DNA of 63,614 nt, counting the filler, from Phoronis australis (Eukaryota; Animalia; Phoronida), in the NCBI GenBank assembly GCA_002633005.1. It is 11 parts of 11 records of this genome, joined end to end, with 100 filler letters (N's around TTAATTAATTAA, not from the genome) between each part and the next. Parts side by side here need not be neighbours in the genome. Positions count along the whole stretch, not along the records: positions 58,852 to 61,831 come from NMRA01003294.1; positions 61,932 to 63,614 come from NMRA01002591.1; 9 more parts are not named here. One strand, given 5' to 3'. Each line of letters begins with the position of its first letter. Position 1 is the stretch's first letter. A program made the translations under genes and the position numbers. Below are positions 60,751-63,614 of the stretch, one piece after another. The notes beneath the pieces are model-generated. The model saw only the letters and a list, made by a program, of their open reading frames with translations, ran no database searches and was not told the origin of the DNA.

Positions 60751-61110
60751 GCATTTCATCCAGAAATTCATATTCAAATAAAATTTCATCATGTTATTGA
60801 TACTGAGGTTTTGCCATCAAGCTAATATGCCTTTGCTCGATTTTACTAGTAAGACATGGTCACGTGACCCGATTAATGATTTGTGTGTAAAAAGCAAAAA
60901 CTGAATTCTACAAGATTACTAGTTTCAGAAAATATACACTTTTACTAAGTTAATATCTATAAATAGTTTTGTAGATTTTTGATTAAATACACATGCCTGT
61001 TGATCCGTGGTAACAGACTGTTTTGTAATGAATGAAATATAAAAATCCTGGCTCTTGCATACATCTGTGTTTTTTTTTGGGATCATGTTATACTTTATTT
61101 TTTCATTTAG

Positions 61111-61214
61111 GTGCGCGATAAATCACGGTCGACTGTAGATGGCGTAGATGTTTCCCTACGCCTCTGGGATACCTTCGGTTATCATGATTGGGACAGACAG
61201 TTTGCGTATGGAAG
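61111..61214 (+). CDS. RhoBTB: Rho-related BTB domain-containing GTPase, internal exon (G3/switch II region)
   Basis: CATTTAG|GTG...GGAAG|GTATAG. Translates [35 protein letters not shown], compared with the recalled vertebrate RhoBTB1/2 sequence [35 protein letters not shown]. Confidence 0.88.
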
Positions 61215-61954
61215 GTATAGATACTGACATTTTATAATCCGGCATTTTCTCAGATTTTGTTTTTCGCTTTCTCTTAATAGTCCCCAGTGATTCTAAAGCC
61301 AGTCTATTCCCCATCTGTTCAATTAATACTGCTTCTACTGCTACATTTTTAATTTGTAAATTTCATTCAAAATACTTTGTTAATTGATTAGGAAAGTTTC
61401 ACAGAATGCCACATTATTCTCTAAAGACATAATCGTTATCAATCATACAATGCTTGTTTCCATTCAAATGATGTGCTATGGAGAAATGACATGGATTTAC
61501 TGTAGTTTACATCGTTTGCTTGACTAAATTGATGGTGTGGCATCTCAATTTGCTAGATGCAACGGGGAAAAACTGGAGAGTATATGAAGTAATAGGGGGT
61601 CATAAAAGGTGAAGTCATTTTTTGCATGTGAATACACGCTGTGTCAGTGGGTTTGTTTAATTTAACTACATTCGTTATGCTTTTTATCCTGCCAAAAGTG
61701 GTCTACGATGGTGTAATAATAGGTAATAAGCTTAAAAATGGACTGCACAGCATTCTCAATGTAGACAGTAAGAGAAAAGCATAGGGGTTCTGGTCTGTAG
61801 TCCAACTGATTTTGAAACCTGTGTTCAACACNNNNNNNNNNNNNNNNNNNNNNNNNNNNNNNNNNNNNNNNNNNNTTAATTAATTAANNNNNNNNNNNNN
61901 NNNNNNNNNNNNNNNNNNNNNNNNNNNNNNNCTCGTTTTTAATTTTAGTTTCAG

Positions 61955-62385
61955 ACGTCGCCTGGATAGTACCATTAGCGGTGTCATTGGCTTTAGTTGC
62001 CGTCGCAAGTGGCGGGTTGATCCTACTTAAGTACTTACGTCTACGATCGCGACGGGAAAAGGCGAAGGCTCGTGATGATGGGATCACAAGTGGTCACGAA
62101 TCCTTACGTCGAAAACTTGGAGAAGCTGTTGCACAGTCTAACAGGAGCATTGCCGTGGTACTTGAACAATACGAGATCTTCGTGTCACATCATTCCTCGG
62201 TTATACAAGTTGACGAGGAACTAATTGAGAAAGCGAAGACAAGCATGCAGGTTCTCGAAAAACAGAAGAAGTTGGAAATCTCTCAATCGCTAGTAAAGAT
62301 TGGAAGCGCTGGGCAAGACTCAAAAGAGCCAGCGGCCTCCGTAAGTTCTGCGCGCACCATCTGCGAGCGAGCCATCAAACCATAG
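61955..62385 (+). CDS. Exon encoding a single transmembrane helix, basic stop-transfer and helical cytoplasmic tail of a type I membrane protein
   Basis: TTTCAG| acceptor, then VAWIVPLAVSLALVAVASGGLILLKYL-RLRSRREKAK. Possible donor |GTAAGT at 62341. Confidence 0.6.
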
Positions 62386-63390
62386 AATCTGATACTTCTG
62401 CTACAGTCCTTGATGAAACCACTGCGGATGACAGAACTTCGGTAAGCAGATATTCTGGAGACACAAAATGACATAGAAGAACTTGAGGTATTGGTGGACT
62501 GATCGCACGAAACGAAATTGGTTATTGAAACGTCCTTTACAGCATGGAGATACAACATTTGCTCACACAGGGATTATGTTGTCTTTTTTAGACTCTTGTA
62601 ATAGCAGTTTCATTGTACTCTAGTGCCTGAAAGAGTTCACGGGAGATCATGACAATAAAGAATTGTGCTTGATGTGAACAATGTCGACAGTTTTGGAAAA
62701 TGTGTACACGTATGCCGACGAGCTTTATGCCAGACATATTTGGCACTTTATTCAAACGTCTGTGGCAACAAAGCGCCATTTTGTCGAAACTTAGTCAGAG
62801 TTTGATGTGAACTTATTGCATGAACCCGATAATTGATTATTTTTAAATAGACTTATTACCAAGGCAAGTGTCAGTATGCTAACTTTTAATTGCACTGTAA
62901 ATATGTTTGCATTTTTTTAGTAAAAATATCCTAACTAGAGGAGTTGTTATTGCAGTAGTAAAGTACCAGCAACGGATCAAACGCCCAACATTAACAATGA
63001 ATTGACACATTCGACTGACGTCTGCTTTACACTTCCAAAAATTTATCAATGTAAAAGCCAACGAAAACTTTAATAGACGTAAAAATGCTTCCAAATTGAT
63101 TTTAGTAAGTTTCTTGCAAAAATTTTACTAACACGAACAGGGTTTTCGACTGGAGAAGAAATAGGGCTCACGAGCACGACCCGCTTGATGTTGCATCACA
63201 CAAATATACATGTACATGTACACCGCTCATTAGATTTCGAACTGCAATCGGTATTTGCCCTTCAGTTCTGTCATAACATTTTGCCGGTATAAAGCTTACC
63301 GTGTGAAAAGATTGCATTTTAAATATAACTCGTTTTAGCCCAAGCGTTTCAAGTTCGTGATCTTGCGAGTACAGTTATATACAGCTACCT

Positions 63391-63560
63391 GGGCCCGGTC
63401 TCCAATCTCCGTACTCAGACTCATACTCATACTCGAGATTTCATACTCAAAATCGTGCTCACTGGAGTCGTACTCAAAAAAGCGTATCTAATGTCGTATT
63501 TCGAGTAGACTCCAAACGTACTCAAATCTGACACTCATACTCGAGTTGCTATGGAACTCT
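63391..63560 (+). mobile_element. Possible PIF/Harbinger-like MITE end with repeated TACTC motifs
   Basis: Starts GGGCCCGGT, followed by many (C/A)TACTC(A/G) subterminal repeats. No partner TIR seen. Confidence 0.3.
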
Positions 63561-63614
63561 TTATGATGTGAAATGCAAAATCACGCAAAGCCGCGCTGAT
63601 TCATCGCTCCCTAT

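Noticed and set aside
39990-62385. Apparent immune/defence cluster (ZU5, LDLa-CUB, Ig, PARP, RhoBTB, TM protein)
   Set aside because: Each gene lies on a different contig separated by artificial linkers, so the adjacency is meaningless.

Overview
This window is not prokaryotic. It is AT-rich, intron-rich invertebrate (metazoan) genomic DNA. Eleven unrelated contigs are joined by an artificial N(n)-TTAATTAATTAA-N(n) linker at about 26055-26154, 28161-28260, 30273-30372, 33430-33529, 46374-46473, 48543-48642, 52966-53065, 56525-56624, 58752-58851 and 61832-61931, so neighbours across linkers are not real synteny. Contig 1 (1-26054) carries about 20 minus-strand exons (about 1,550 aa recovered; every junction I could check is phase-compatible). 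They encode a giant secreted/membrane protein built from FN3-like 'D-x-T-P-P...DG...W..F.D.ESGI..Y' repeats, with an RVKR furin-like site. Other contigs contain: a ZU5(+UPA-like) gene, LDLa+CUB exons, Ig-domain exons, a degenerate PARP catalytic domain with a long disordered tail, a RhoBTB exon missing from the ORF track, a TM exon, and an intron-containing Kolobok/Mutator-like DDE transposase present as both an undeleted and an internally deleted version. Introns hold tRNA-derived SINEs, Helentron-associated (HINE/DINE-like) elements, MITEs, LINE/Penelope relics and minisatellites. Near-identical duplications flanking several single 'n' bases look like uncollapsed haplotypes. The most unusual signals are a 76-bp tandem array made of a coding exon end plus its splice donor, a HINE carrying at least 9 co-oriented CTCF-like motifs, a probable pseudo-PARP, and the spliced transposase. 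I found no clearly new multi-gene system, and family assignments come from motif recognition, not database searches.
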